Assembly: GCA_030390025.1 (NCBI GenBank)
Contig: CM059432.1
Span: 105,650,001-105,714,000, forward strand
Source of the DNA: Squalus acanthias
Taxonomy: Eukaryota
Reading direction: 5' to 3'
DNA length: 64,000 nt
Shown: positions 1 through 12,748 of the stretch, piece by piece
How the letters are laid out: each line of letters begins with the position of its first letter
How positions within the stretch are numbered: the first letter of the stretch is position 1
Made by a program: the position numbers and the translations under genes
Notes under the pieces: model-generated
Seen by the model: only the letters and a program-made list of their open reading frames with translations
Told to the model about the DNA's origin: nothing
Database searches by the model: none

Positions 1-798
1 CCTGTCACTAACCTACCCGCTACCCAACTCTACCCACTCGCCATGACAGCCTTTTATCCATTCACTACCACTAACCTGTCCACAATTCGACAGCTTCCTC
101 CTTTTCTCCTAAAGGTTCATTCCTCCTGCCACTCAAGCCTAACTCCCCAACATACGCCCTCCAAATTCTCACATATCCAACTTTGCACTCACATTTGAAT
201 CAACATAAAATTCTCTAAATGCTTTTATTGTACAATTTATATACAAAATACTACATTCAATCATGTTCAATACTTTACAGAAAACTATTCCACAATTTTT
301 ACATATATAAATGCACTTTACAAATAATGTTATATATTTTGCATTAATTTAGTTTAACTCATTTTATTATTTGCAATCCTCTGTTATCATATAAAAACCT
401 TCTAATATACAATTTTGTCCCAATTTTCAATTGCTAACATTCATTTTACTATAATTTCTATATAGTTTTGCAATGCTACATTCACTATTATACCATCTGA
501 TCCAAGCAAATAGCTTCCTTCGAGTAACATCACAGGAGATCTACAAGTATCTATAATAAATACAATGTTAAATATGTAATGAATTATTGTATTATCTGGT
601 GAATTGCCCCACCTTCAATCATGTGTTTTATATGCTGTAAATATAACATTAGTATAAATCGGGGCGTTTCTAAATGTTATAATATAATCCTGGATTTCTT
701 ATTGGAAAACATCTATTTGTAGGTGTTATGTCAAGTCATTTCTTTTACATAAATTGAATGCATTTTAAAAGTATTGCAGTAAGGTGTGAAAAGAGATG

Positions 799-984
799 GG
801 GCTAGAAATTCGTCTCGGACAGTGGTGCAAAACGGGCGGTATCGGATCGTCCGTCCGTTATACACAGCGCCTAATATTCAGTTCCACTGCAGTCAATGGA
901 ACGGAATATCAGGCACTCCGTATAAAAGGCGGATGATCTGATACCGCCTGTTTTGTGCCACTGCCCGGGACGAATTTCTATGCC
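799..984. mobile_element. Palindromic MITE, probably PIF/Harbinger-type
   Basis: Imperfect hairpin over its whole length. Ends GGGCTAGAAATTCG / CGAATTTCTATGCC resemble the Harbinger TIRs elsewhere in the window. No clear TSD. Confidence 0.7.
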
Positions 985-985
985 T

Positions 986-1157
986 AGATTTTGACCTTGT
1001 GTGATCGTATAAAACAGGTAGCAACGAATCAGCAGCATCTCTCCCGGTTTTTACTTCCATTGACTTCAATAGAAATAAAAATCGGGAGAGATGAAAAATG
1101 GGCTGCCGATTCGCTGTCACCCATTAAACACTGTCGCTCAAAGTCAAGATCTCCCCC
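986..1157. mobile_element. Second palindromic MITE abutting the first
   Basis: AGATTTTGACCTTG... pairs with ...CAAAGTCAAGATCTCCCCC. Centre TTCCATTGACTTCAATAGAA resembles the centre of the first MITE. Confidence 0.6.
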
Positions 1158-1231
1158 AGAAGCAGACTTAATTATAAATTCTGAGGACTGCTGCATTTCA
1201 TTTTTTTTGCAGGTTGGAAAAAACTAGAGGA

Positions 1232-1361
1232 ATGGAAGTTGAGTGGGTGAAGAGATTTTTGCTCTTGCTCATAGTTCTCCAAGTACAGACTCTGTCTCTC
1301 ACTGCAACACGTCCTGCCTCAGACATCTGTGCAACTCACGTAATCTTGCCAGGTCCAAAAG
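1232..1361 (+). CDS. COLEC10: Collectin (COLEC10-like) first coding exon: signal peptide, N-terminal Cys segment, start of collagen region
   Basis: Reads MEVEWVKRFLLLLIVLQVQTLSLTATRPASDICATHVILPGPK(G), close to my recollection of the human COLEC10 N-terminus (LLQIQSL...RPTAEVCATHTISPGPKG). Polypyrimidine tract and AG acceptor at 1201-1212, phase-1 donor G|gtactg at 1362. Confidence 0.85.
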
Positions 1362-3158
1362 GTACTGAGGATATATTTCAGACAAACAATACTTAATGCA
1401 TCACTAAAACATTTTTGTTGTTACAGTAATGCATTTATTGAACTGATTTATCTGTGGTTATTAGAGATAGTGTAATCCCACTCTGCTTTCATGCAACTAA
1501 CCCCCCAACTAACTCCCCAACCTACCCTCACCCACTGGATCATGAGGCATTGGTAGAAGCCTGGAATCAGGGTAGCTACTCACCCTCTCATTCAGTTTTA
1601 ATGCATGGCATGAGGGGACCTAAAGAGAGGGAAGAGAGATAAGTTAAAAATGGAATAAGAAAATAATTACTAGAAAAGAGAAAAATAATTTTGGCATGTA
1701 TTGCAGGACAGAAAATGTGCACATTTTGAAACTAAAAAGCATCTTGTCAAAAGATTTGTTTTCCCGATTATACTTATGGAGCGCACCCACAGATTTGACC
1801 CACCCTTCTCAGAATTGGGTAGCTAGGCCTAAGCACTGGAATTGCTGTGCTCCTAGTTCTGCGATCCTGAAATCTATCAGTTGTTAGGAGGCCATGCAGA
1901 AAGCATGCATGGGTATCATAATATTCCCCATATTTCATTCAAATTAAATTTGAATAGTGCCCAGACGTCCAGCCAGAAGCAGCACACTGCTCAGCCAATA
2001 GTTGCGATGGATTTGAAAGTGGACCAAGCATTCAGGTTCAGAGAAGACAGGCATGTGCACTTGTACCTCAGGCATCTGCCATTCACTTGGAATCTACCCA
2101 GGAATCCATTTTTCAGACCATGAAAGAGGATGTAGTTGAGATACTGGATGAAGATAAAAATTGATAAGGAGGGGGTACTAGAAAGGCTGGCTGTACTTAA
2201 AGTAGATAAGTCGCCAGGACCAGATGGGATGCATCCTAGGATGCTGAGGGAAGTAAAGATGGAAATTGCGGCAGTACTGGCCATAATCTTCCAATCCTCC
2301 TTGGATACAGGGCTGGTGCCAGAGGACTGGAGAATTACAAATGTTACACCTTTGTTCAAAAAAGGGTGTAAAGATAAACCCAGCAACTACAGGCCAGTCA
2401 GTTTAACCTTGGTAGTGGGGAAGCTTTTAGAAACGATAATCCGGGACAAAATTAACAGTCACTTGGACAAATATGGATTCATTAAGGAAAGCCAGCACGG
2501 ATTTGTTAAAGGTAAATCGTGTTTAACTAACTTGATTGAGTTTTTTGATGAGGTAACAGAGAGGGTTGATGTGGGCAATGCGGTTGATGTGGTGTACATG
2601 GACTTCCAAACGGCATTTGATAAAGGGCCACATAATAGGCTTGCCAGCAAAGTTGAAGCCCATGGAATAAAAGGGACAGTGGCAGCATGGATACGAAATT
2701 GGCTAAGTGACAGGAAACAGAGAGTAGTGGTGAACGGTTGTTTTTCGGACTGGAGGAAGGTACACAGTGATGTTCCCTAGGGGTCGGTACTAGGACCACT
2801 GATTTTCTTGATATACAGGGCACAATTTCAAAATTTGCAGATGAAACAAAACTTGGAAGTATAGTGAAGTGAGGAGGATAGTGATAGACTTCAAGAAGAC
2901 ATAGACAGGCTGGTAGAATGGGCGTGGCAGATGAAATTTAACGCAGAAAAGTGCGAAGTGATACATTTTTGTAGGAAGAACGAGGAGAGGCAATATAACT
3001 AAAGGGTACAATTCTAAAGGGGGTGCATGAACAGAGAGACCTGGGGGTATATGTGCACAAATTGTTGAAGGTGGCAGGGCAGCTTGAGAAAGTGGTTAAA
3101 AAAACATACGGGATACTGGGCTTCATAAATAGCGGCATAGAATACAAAAGTAAGGAAG

Positions 3159-6100
3159 CCTGACATCGGTAGTGGGGAAAATGCTAGAGTCCATTATAAA
3201 AGATGTAATAGCAGGGCACTTGGAAAACAGTGACAGGATCGGATAAAGTCAACATGGATTTACAAAAGGTAAATCGTGCTTGACTAATCTACTGGAATGT
3301 TTTGAGGATGTAACTGGTAAAATAGATAGAGGTTCATAGTTTATAAAGTTTAGAAGGTCTTAATTTTGTGGATATAGTTTCTAGTGCTAGTAACCAAGGG
3401 CCCTTGAGTATATCATTTAATTGAGTGTAATTGGTGGTATTGATTTGATTTAATTTAAGTTCAATTAATTAAAGGGTAAGTCATGACAGGACAGCCCAGC
3501 CCCGTGTTATGCTCCTCCTGCTCGATGTGGGAAATCAGGGACCCTTCCGGTGTCCCTGACAACCATGTGTGCGGGTAGAGTATCCAGCTGCAGCTACTGA
3601 CAGACCGCATTGCGGCGCTGGAGCTGCGGATGGAGGCGTATTCGAGCATTCGCGATGCTGAGAACCTCGTGGATAGCACGTTTAGAGAGTTGGTCACACC
3701 GCAGGCAAAGGGTGCACAGGCAGGAAGTAAATGAGTGACCACCAGGCAGAGTAAGAGGTGCAGGCAGGTAGTGCAGGGGTCCCCTGTGGACATCCCCCTC
3801 TCAAACAGATATACCACTTTGAATACTGTTGGGGGGGATGACTTATCAGGGGAAGGCAGCAGCAGCCAACTTCCTGGCACCATGGGTGGCTCTGCTGCAC
3901 AGGCTGGCAGGAAAAAGAGTGGGCGAGCTATAGTGATAGGGGACTCAATTGTAAGGGGAATAGATAGGCGTTTCTGCGGCCGCAACCGAGACTCCAGGAT
4001 GGTGTGTTGCCTCCCTGGTGCAAGGGTCAAGGACATCTCGGAGCGGCTACAGAACATTTTGGAGGGGGAGGGCGAACAGCCAGCTGTCGTGGTGCACATA
4101 GGCACCAACGATATAGGTAAAAAAGGGGATGAGGTCCTAAAATGCAGAATATAGGGAGTTAGGAGGTAAATTTAAAAATAGGACCTCAAAGGTAATAATC
4201 TCAGGATTGCTACCAGTGCCACGTGCTAGTCAGAGTAGAAATAGGAGGATATTTCAAATGAATACGTGGCTAGAGGAATGGTGCAAGGGGGAGGGATTCA
4301 AATTCCTGGGACATTGGAACCGGTTCTGGGGGAGGTGGGACCAGTACAAACCGGACGGTCTGCACCTGGGCAGGGCCGGGACTGCTGTCCTAGGCGGAGT
4401 GTTTGCTAGTGCTGTTGGGGAGGGTTTAAACTAAAGTGGCAGGGGGTTGGGCACCTGAGCAGGGAGACAGAGGAAAGCGTGTCAGGAAGGGACAGAAGGT
4501 ATGGAGTAAAAGGTAAAATGTTAAAAAAGGAAAAAGCAAGAACTAAGTGTCACAAAACATATTTGAAAGTTCTTTATCTGAATGCACGTAGCATTCGTAA
4601 CAAAATGGACGAGTTAACGGCACAAATAACTACGTATGGGTATGATCCTGTGGCCATTACAGAAACATGGTTGCAGGGTGACAACGACTGGGAATTAAAT
4701 ATGCCAGGGTATTTAACAATCAGGAAGGACAGGCAGGAAGGAAGGGGAGGTGGGGTGGCTATGTTAATAAAGGAAGGAATCACTGTAATACAGAGGAATG
4801 ATATTGGGTCAAAGGATCAGGATAATGAAACAGTTTGGGTGCAGATAAGGAATAATAAGGGGACAAAAACACTAGTGGGAGTAGTATATAGGCCTTCTAA
4901 TAGTTGCAACTCTGCTGGAAGCAGTATTAATCAGGAAATAGTTGGGGCATGTAATAAGGGAACAGCTATAATTATGGAGGATTTTAACTATCATATTAAC
5001 TGGACAAATCAAATTGGGCAGGGCAGCCTTGAGGAAGAGTTTATTGAGTGTATTAGGGATGGATTTCTTGAGCAGTATGTAACTGATCCTACAAGAGGGC
5101 AAGCAACCTTGGACCTGGTCCTGTGTAATGAGTCAGGATTAATTAATAATGTCCTAGTTAAGGATCCCCTTGGAATGAGTGACCATAACATGGTTGAATT
5201 CCATATCCAATTAGAGGGTGAGAAGGTTGGTTCTCAAACAAGCGTACTGAGCTTGAATAAAGGAGACTATGATGGTATGAGAGCGGAATTGATTAAAGTG
5301 GACTGGGAAAATAGATGAAAGGGTAAGACGGTACATGGGCAGTGTTGTTCATTTAAGGAGTTATTTTACAACTTTCAAAAAATATATATTCCACTGAGGA
5401 AAAAAGGGTGTAAAAGAAATGACAGCCATCCGTGGCTAAGTAAAGAAATTAAGGATAGTATCCGACTAATAACATGGACATATAAGGTAGCCAAACTTAG
5501 TGGGAGGATAGAAGATTGGGAAGTCTTCAAAAGACAGCAAAAAGTAACTAAAGGATTGATTAAGAAAGGGAAGATAGATTATGAAAATAAATTAGCAAAA
5601 AATATAAAAACAGATAGCAAGAGTTTCTATAGTTATATATAAAAAAAAGGGTGGCTAAGGCAAACGTAGGTCCCTTAGAGGATGAGACCGGGAAATTAAT
5701 GGTGGGAAACATGGAGATGGCAAAAATGCTGAACAAATATTTTGTTTCAGTCTTTACGGTAGAGGACACTAAGAATATCCCAACACTGGAAAAACAGGGG
5801 GCTCTAGTGGGGGAGGAGCTAAATACGATTAAAATCACTAAGGAATTGGTACTCAGTAAAATAATGGGACTCAAGGCAGATAAATCCCCTGGACCTGATG
5901 GCTTACATCCTAGGGTCTTGAGGGAAGTGGCAGTAGGGATTGTGGATGCTTTGGTAATAATTTTCCAAAATTCCCTGGACTCGGCAAAGGTCCCGGCAGA
6001 TTGGAAAACTGCTAATGTAACACCCTTATTTAAAAAGGGTAGTAGGCAGAAGGCTGGAAATTATAGACCAGTTAGCCTAACATCTGTGGTGGGTAAAATT

Positions 6101-8658
6101 TTGGAGTCTATTATTAAGGAGACAGTAATAGAACATTTAGATAAACATAATTTAATAGGACAAAGTCAGCATGGCTTTATGTCTGACAAATTTGCTTGAG
6201 TTCTTTGAGGACATAACGTACAGGGTGGATACAGGGGAACCAGTGGACGTAGTGTATTTAGACTTCCAGAAGGCATTCGACAAGGTGCCACATAAAAGAT
6301 TATTGCTCAAGATAAAAAATCACTGGATTGGGGGTAATATTCTGGCATGGGTGGAGGATTGGTTATCTAACAGGAAGCAGAGAGTTGGGATAAATGGTTC
6401 ATTCTCGGACTGGCAACCAGTAGCCAGTGGTGTTCCGCAGGGGTCGGTGCTGGGTCCCCAACTCTTTACAATCTATATTAACGATTTGGAGGAGGGGACC
6501 GAGTGTAACATATCAAAGTTTGCAGATGATGCAAAGATGGGAGGGAAAGTAAAAAGTGAGGAGGACATAAAAAACCTACAAGGGGATATAGACAGGCTGG
6601 GTGAGTGGGCGGAGATTTGGCAGATGCAATACAATATTGGAAAATGTGAGGTTATGCACTTTGGCAGGAAAAATCAGAGAGCAAGTTATTATCTTAATGG
6701 CGAGAAACTGGAAAGTACTGCAGTACAAAGGGATCTGGGGGTCCTAGTGCAAGAAAATCAAAAAGTTAGTATGCAGGTGCAGCAGGTGATCAAGAAGGCC
6801 AATGGAATGTTGGCTTTTATTGCTAGGGGGATAGATTATAAAAACAGGGAGGTATTGCTGCAGTTATATAAGGTATTGGTGAGACTGCACCTGGAATACT
6901 GCATACAGTTTTGGTGTCCATACTTAAGAAAAGACATACTTGCTCTCGAGGCAGTACAAAGAAGTTTCACTCGGTTAATCCCGGGGATGAGGGGGTGGAC
7001 ATATGAGGAGAGGTTGAGTAGATTGGGACTCTACACATTGGAGTTCAGAAGAATGAGAGGCGATCTTATTGAAACATATAAGATTGTGAAGGGGCTTGAT
7101 CAGGTGGATGCGGTAAGGATGTTCCCAAGGATGGGTGAAACTAGAACTAGGGGGCATAATCTTAGAGTAAGGGGCTGCTCTTTCAAAACTGAGATGAGGA
7201 GAAACTTCTTCACTCAGAGGGTAGTAGGTCTGTGGAATTTGCTGCCCCAGGAAGCTGTGGAAGCTACATCATTAAATAAATTTAAAACAGAAATAGACAG
7301 TTTCCTAGAAGTAAAGGGAATTAGGGGTTACGGGGAGCGGGCAGGAAATTGGACATGAGGCTGAGTTCGAATCGGTCAAGGCCCTGTGGGTGGCGGAGCG
7401 GGCCCAGGGGCTGAGTGGCCGGGTCCTGCTCCTATTTCTTATGTTCTTATGTTCTTAACCAGTGGATGTGGTGTATTTGGACTTTCAGAAGGCTTTCGAT
7501 AAGGTCCCGCATAAGAGATTGGTGTGCAACATTAAAGCACATGGGAATGGGGGTAAGGTACTGTCTTGGATAGAGAACTGGTTGGCAGACAGAATGCAAA
7601 GAGTTGGAATAAATGGGTCTTTTTCCGAGTGGCAGGCAGTGACTAGTGGGGTACCGCAGGGATCGGTCCTAGGACCCCAGCTATTCACAATATATATTAA
7701 TGATCTAGACGAGGGAATTGGATGTAATATCTCCAAGTTTGCAGACGACACAAAGCTGGGTGGGAGTGTGTGCCGTGAGGAGGATGCCGAGAAACTCCAG
7801 TATGATTTGGACAGGTTGGGTGATTGGGCAGAAGCATGGCAGATGCAATATAATGTGGATAAATGCGAGGTTATCCACTTTGGTGTCAAAAACAGGAAGG
7901 CAGATTATTATCTGAATGGCAATAGACTGGGAGAAGGGGAAGTGCAACGAGACCTGGGTGTCCTTGTGCACCAGTCGCTTACGCATGCAGGTGCAGCAGG
8001 CGGTTAAGAAGGCAAATGGTATGTTGGCCTTCGTAGCGAAAGGGTTCGAGTACAGGAACAAGGATGTCTTGCTGCGGTTGTACAGGGCCTTGGTGAGACC
8101 ACATCTTGAGTATTGTGTGCAGTTTTGGTCGCCTTATCTGAGGAAGGATGTTCTTGCCATGGAGGGAGTGCAGCGAAGATTCACCAGGCTGATACCTGGG
8201 ATGGCAGGAATGACTTATGAGGAGAGATTGGGTCGATTGCGCTTATACTCGCTGGAGTTTCGAAGAATGAGAGGGGATCTCATTGAAACGTATAAAATTC
8301 TAACAGGACTAGACAGACTAGATGCAGGAAGGATGTTCCCGATGGCCGGGGAGTCCAGAACCAGGGGTCACAGTCTAAGGATAAGGGGTAAGCCATTTAG
8401 GACTGAGATGAGGAGGAATTTCTTCACCCAGAGAGTGGTGAACCTGTGGAATTCTCTACCACAGAAGGCAGTAGAGGCCAATTCATATTCAAGAAGGAGT
8501 TGGATATATTTCTTAAAGCTAAAGGGCTCAAGGGATATGGGGAGAAAGCAGGGACAGGGTACTGAATTTGGATGATCAGCCATGATCTCATTGAATGGCG
8601 GAGCAGGCTCAAGGGGCTGAATGGCCTACTCCTGCTCCTATCTTCTATGTTTCTATGT
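3159..8658 (+). mobile_element. CR1 LINE copy B (5'-truncated; pieces 3159-3332 and 7457-8658)
   Basis: Sequence ...GKIDRG stops at about 3332 and resumes PVDVVYLDFQKAFDKV at 7457. FADD motif and (TTCTATGT)n tail ending about 8658. Same family as copies E and F. Confidence 0.85.
3333..7456 (+). mobile_element. CR1 LINE copy C, near full length, ORF1 (Zn-finger/coiled coil + SGNH esterase) and ORF2 (APE + RT) both disrupted
   Basis: ORF1 from ATG 3483 (CSSC...HVC, GDSIVRG, VHIGTNDI, DGLHL) ends at 4434. ORF2 has NARS, ITETW, SDHN and FADD motifs with stops and frameshifts. (TTCTTATG)n tail. Confidence 0.92.
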
Positions 8659-9840
8659 TTATGATGAACCTTTATAAAACACTGGTTCGGCCTCAACTGG
8701 AGTATTGTGTCCAATTCTGGGCACCGCACTTTAGGAAGGATGTGAAGGCCTTAGAGAGGGTGCAGAAAAGATTTACGAGAATGGTTCCAGGGATGAGGGA
8801 CTTCAGTTATGTCGATAGACTGGAGAAGCTGGGATTGTTCTCCTTAGAGCAGAGAAGGTAAGAGGAGACTGATGAAGTTAATTTCCTTTTTATTACATTG
8901 GTTTTCAGGATTTTTATTAATATTTGCGCTCACATTCCACAATTCAGTTTGTTTTTTTGGTGAAAACTGAAACCCGATGGTCTCACGTATGACTAGTGAA
9001 ATGAATTAGTTACAATGGAAGTACAGTGGGAAATGAAATGTCATAACTTAAGCTGTAGCTATACCCAATATTCCAGCTCTTGTGTTGTCTATAAGATATT
9101 GCATTTGCAGTGTATACCATGCTTTCCTTATTTGGCCATCACCCTTTGTGACAGTCATAATTTGCTGTATAATTGGTAATGCTGAAGAAATCAATACTAT
9201 TAGCACCTACAGTGGAATGAATTCTCTGCAATCTCTATATAATGAGGGGAATTGCAAACTCAGCACATGTTGTAAATGTTAGTTTATGCTTCCATTTGAG
9301 GCAGCTTGCAATTAACAGCAAATGAGACAGGAGAGTTTGGTTATCACAAACATATCCAGTACAATAATCCAGCTCCCACTCTACTGCATCACTGCTCCAT
9401 GAGGCTATACTGGCACATTTGACAACTCTTTGAGGGTAATTTTGAGCTTGGACGATAGTGTAAATGGTGTGATATTGGCTCGGCCTCCTGTTAAACACCT
9501 CCCCTATCAATAGACACGAAAATCAGAAGAAGTGTTTATTGAGTGACCGAACCAATATCATGCGTTTTACACTATTGTCCAAAGTCAGAATGACCACCAT
9601 TCACTTTGCAATCAATTGAGGTGCAGGCTACATTCATGAGATGTACACTGTTTGCAGTAGGCATTAGAAAACATTCTGCAACTTGTATTGCTAGGCTAGT
9701 AACAGTTGCTATTTAATGGGAAGCAACTGCATGAGGTGCACATGTTACTATTGATCCTATAACAGAAAGAAATGACAGATAAATAGCTAGTAGTTCTCGT
9801 TGACCATTCCTTCAATCACCCCCAATTCTCTTCCTACATC

Positions 9841-10132
9841 TTGAGATATAGGCAACACTGGCAAAACAGTATTTACTGACCACCCCTAGTTACCCTAAGG
9901 ATAGTCAACCACATTGTGTGAGATGAGTCTCATGTAGTTCCTCCTTGTATGACATTAGTTAACCAGTTGTTTTTATTTTATTGACAATACAACAGCTTTC
10001 ATGGGCATTTTATCTGGTCCCAGCCCTCAAATTACCAGATTTATTCAATTCTATTTCACAACATTCCATGGTGGGATTTGTACTCACAACTATTAGGGTT
10101 ACTAGTCTAGCACCAAAATACTAGACTACCAT
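9841..10132 (-). mobile_element. Degenerate tRNA-derived SINE sharing its head with 61537-61856 and its tail with the LINE 3' ends at ~36820-36880 and ~57155-57210
   Basis: Reverse complement reads atggtagtctagt...gactagtaa...gagtacaaatcccaccatgg...aataaatctgg...caatgtggttgact...agggtaactaggggtggtcagtaaatactg...gccagtg. Confidence 0.65.
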
Positions 10133-12748
10133 ATCATTGGAGCTTATTATGGATGGCAGTGCAGGCGGTGTGCCGCAACTGCAGCATGTGGGAGTTTGTG
10201 GAGAGCATTGTGATCCCGGACAACCACGTTTGCAGTAAGTGCCTGCATCTTGAGGAACTTCAGCTCAGAGTTTTTGAGCTGGAGTCTGAGGTGCAGACAT
10301 TGCGGGGCATCAGGGATGGGGAGAGTTAGCTGGACACTTTGATCTAGGAGGCAGTCACACCCCTTAGGTTAGGTAGTGGTACAGGTCTGGTTAGTGGTCA
10401 GGGACAGGAGGGTGTGACTGCAACTCAAGCAGGTAAGGGGACCCCAGGTGCAGTGCTGGAGAAGCCTCAGCCTTTGCCCTTGTCCAGCAGGTATGAGGTT
10501 CTTGCTGCCTGTGTGGATGAGGGAAAAGCCTGCAGGATGGATGAACAAGCTGACCACGGCACCATGGTGCAGGAGGCCATTTAAGTCGGGGGAGTGAAAG
10601 GGAATGTAGTTGTGGTAGGGGACAGTATAGTCAGGGGGATAGATACTGTTCTCTGCAGCCGCGACCGAGAGTTCTGAAGGTTGTGTTGCCTGCCCGGTGC
10701 CAGGGTTAAGGATATCTCCTCGCGGCGGGAGAAGAACTTGGAGTGGGAGGGGGAGGATCCAGTTGTTGTGGTCCACGTAGGAACAAACGATATAGGTAGA
10801 ACTAGGAATGAGGTTCTGCTGAGGGAGTTTGAGGAGCGAGGATCCAAATTAAAAAGCAGAACGTCAAAGGTAATAATCTCTGGATTGTTACCTGAGCCAT
10901 GCGAAAATTGGCATAGGGACAAACAGATTAAAGGTTTAAATACATGGCTCAAAGAATGGTGTGGGAGGAAGGGGTTTCAGTTCATGGGGCACTGGCACCA
11001 GTACCGGGGAAAGAGGGAGCTGTTCCGTTGGGATGGGCTCTACTTAAACCAGGCTGGGTCCAGTGTCCTGGCCAACCGAATAACAAGGCCGGAGGCAGGG
11101 CTTTAAACTAATGAAGGGGGGGCAGGAGGATTCAGGAAAGAGTAAATTTAAAAGTAGCAAGAGAAATTTCAAGGCTCTAGAGCAGACTGGAGTTTTGGGT
11201 AAAAATAAGCAGAGTGGGTCAGGAAGGGACAGAGAGAATAACAAAGGTAATAAGGCATCAGTGATTAAGGTGACATCAGGGAAAAAGACAAATAAGTCAA
11301 AGCTAAAGGCACTGTAGCTGAATGCGTGAAGCATTCGCAACAAAATAGATGAATTAATACCGCAGCTAGAAATGAACAGGTTTGATCTAATAGCCATAAC
11401 AGAGATGTTGTTGCAAAGTGGCCAAGGTTCGGAACTAAATATTCCAGGATACATAACTTTTAGAAGGGATAGGCAAAATGGAAAAGCAGGAGGGGTAGCC
11501 CTGATAATAAAGGTTGGGATAAAGACAGTAGAGAGAAAGGATCTTAGCTCCGAAAATCAAGAAGTAGAATCAGTTTGGGTGGAGCTGAGAAACAGCAAGG
11601 TGCAGAAAACATTGATGGGAGTTGTTTATAGGCCCCCAAATAGTAGTCGTAATGTAGGGCAGAGTATAAATCAGGAAATTAGAGGCGCATGTAACAAGGG
11701 TAATACAGTAATCATGGGGGACTTTAATCTACATATAGACTGGGCAAACCAAATTTGCAGTAATAGTGTGGAGGACGAATTCATGGAATGTATGCAAGAT
11801 AGTTTTCTAGATCAGTATGTTGAGAAACCAACTAGGGAACAGGCTATTTTAGATCTAGAATTGTGCAACGAGAAAGGGTTCATTAATAACCTTGTAGTAA
11901 AGGGGCCTTTAGGGAAGAATGACCATAATATGATAGAATTTTATATTGAGTTTGAAAGTGACTTAGTTAAATCCGAAACTAGGGTCTTAAATCTAAACAA
12001 AGCAAACTACGTAGGTATGAGGGGCGAGTTGGCTAAGGTAGATTGGGAAACTCCATTAAAAAGTATGACAATGGATGAGCATTTAAAGAATTAAGACATA
12101 ATTTACAACAAATATACATTCCTTTAAGGCACAAAATCCCCACAGCAAAAGTGATCCAACCGTGGCTAACAAGAGAAGTTAAAGATAGTATTAGATCAAA
12201 GGAAGAGGCTTATAATGCTGCCAAAAAGTGTAGTAAACCTGAGGATTGGGAGGATTTTAGAATTCAGCAAAGGAGGACCAAGAAATTGATAAAGAAAGGG
12301 AAAATAGAATATGAGAGTAAGCTAGCAAGAGACATAAAAATAGACTGTAAAAATAGGTATGTAAAAAGGAAAAGTTTAGCAAAACTAAATGTGGGTCCCT
12401 TACAGGCTGAGACAGGAGAAATTATAATGGGGAATTAGGAAATGGCAGAGAAATTAAACAAATACTTTGGGCTCGATTTTGTCATTGGGGCGGGCTGGGG
12501 GCGTGTCATCCGCTTTTCGTGTTAGCCACCCGACTCCAATTTGATGTGGGAAAAATATGCGATTTTCCCCTAATTGGGCAATTGATTTCCAGCATGTGGG
12601 AACCCCTGGCCCAATTAGTCTTTCCATTCTGAAACTCGCCTCCGATGACATCATCAATGCTGCTGGATTTAAGGCCTGCAAGCAGCCTTGCTTCTTCTGC
12701 AGACTGCAAACCTTTTGGCCTTTTCTCTGATAGTTTCTTCCAGGCAAA

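Larger units (their letters stand above)
2121..8870 (+). mobile_element. CR1 LINE copy A (degraded ORF2; pieces 2121-3158 and 8659-8870), split by nested CR1 copies B and C
   Basis: RT N-terminal motifs (KSPGPDG, NYRPVSLT, QHGF, DFQTAFDK). The reading ...EYKSKE breaks at 3158 and resumes as MMNLYKTLVRPQLEYCVQFW after 8659. Confidence 0.85.

Noticed and set aside
1214..1396. 60-aa single-exon ORF from the ORF track
   Set aside because: It starts at a TTG and reads through the donor at 1362. The supported unit is the exon 1232-1361.
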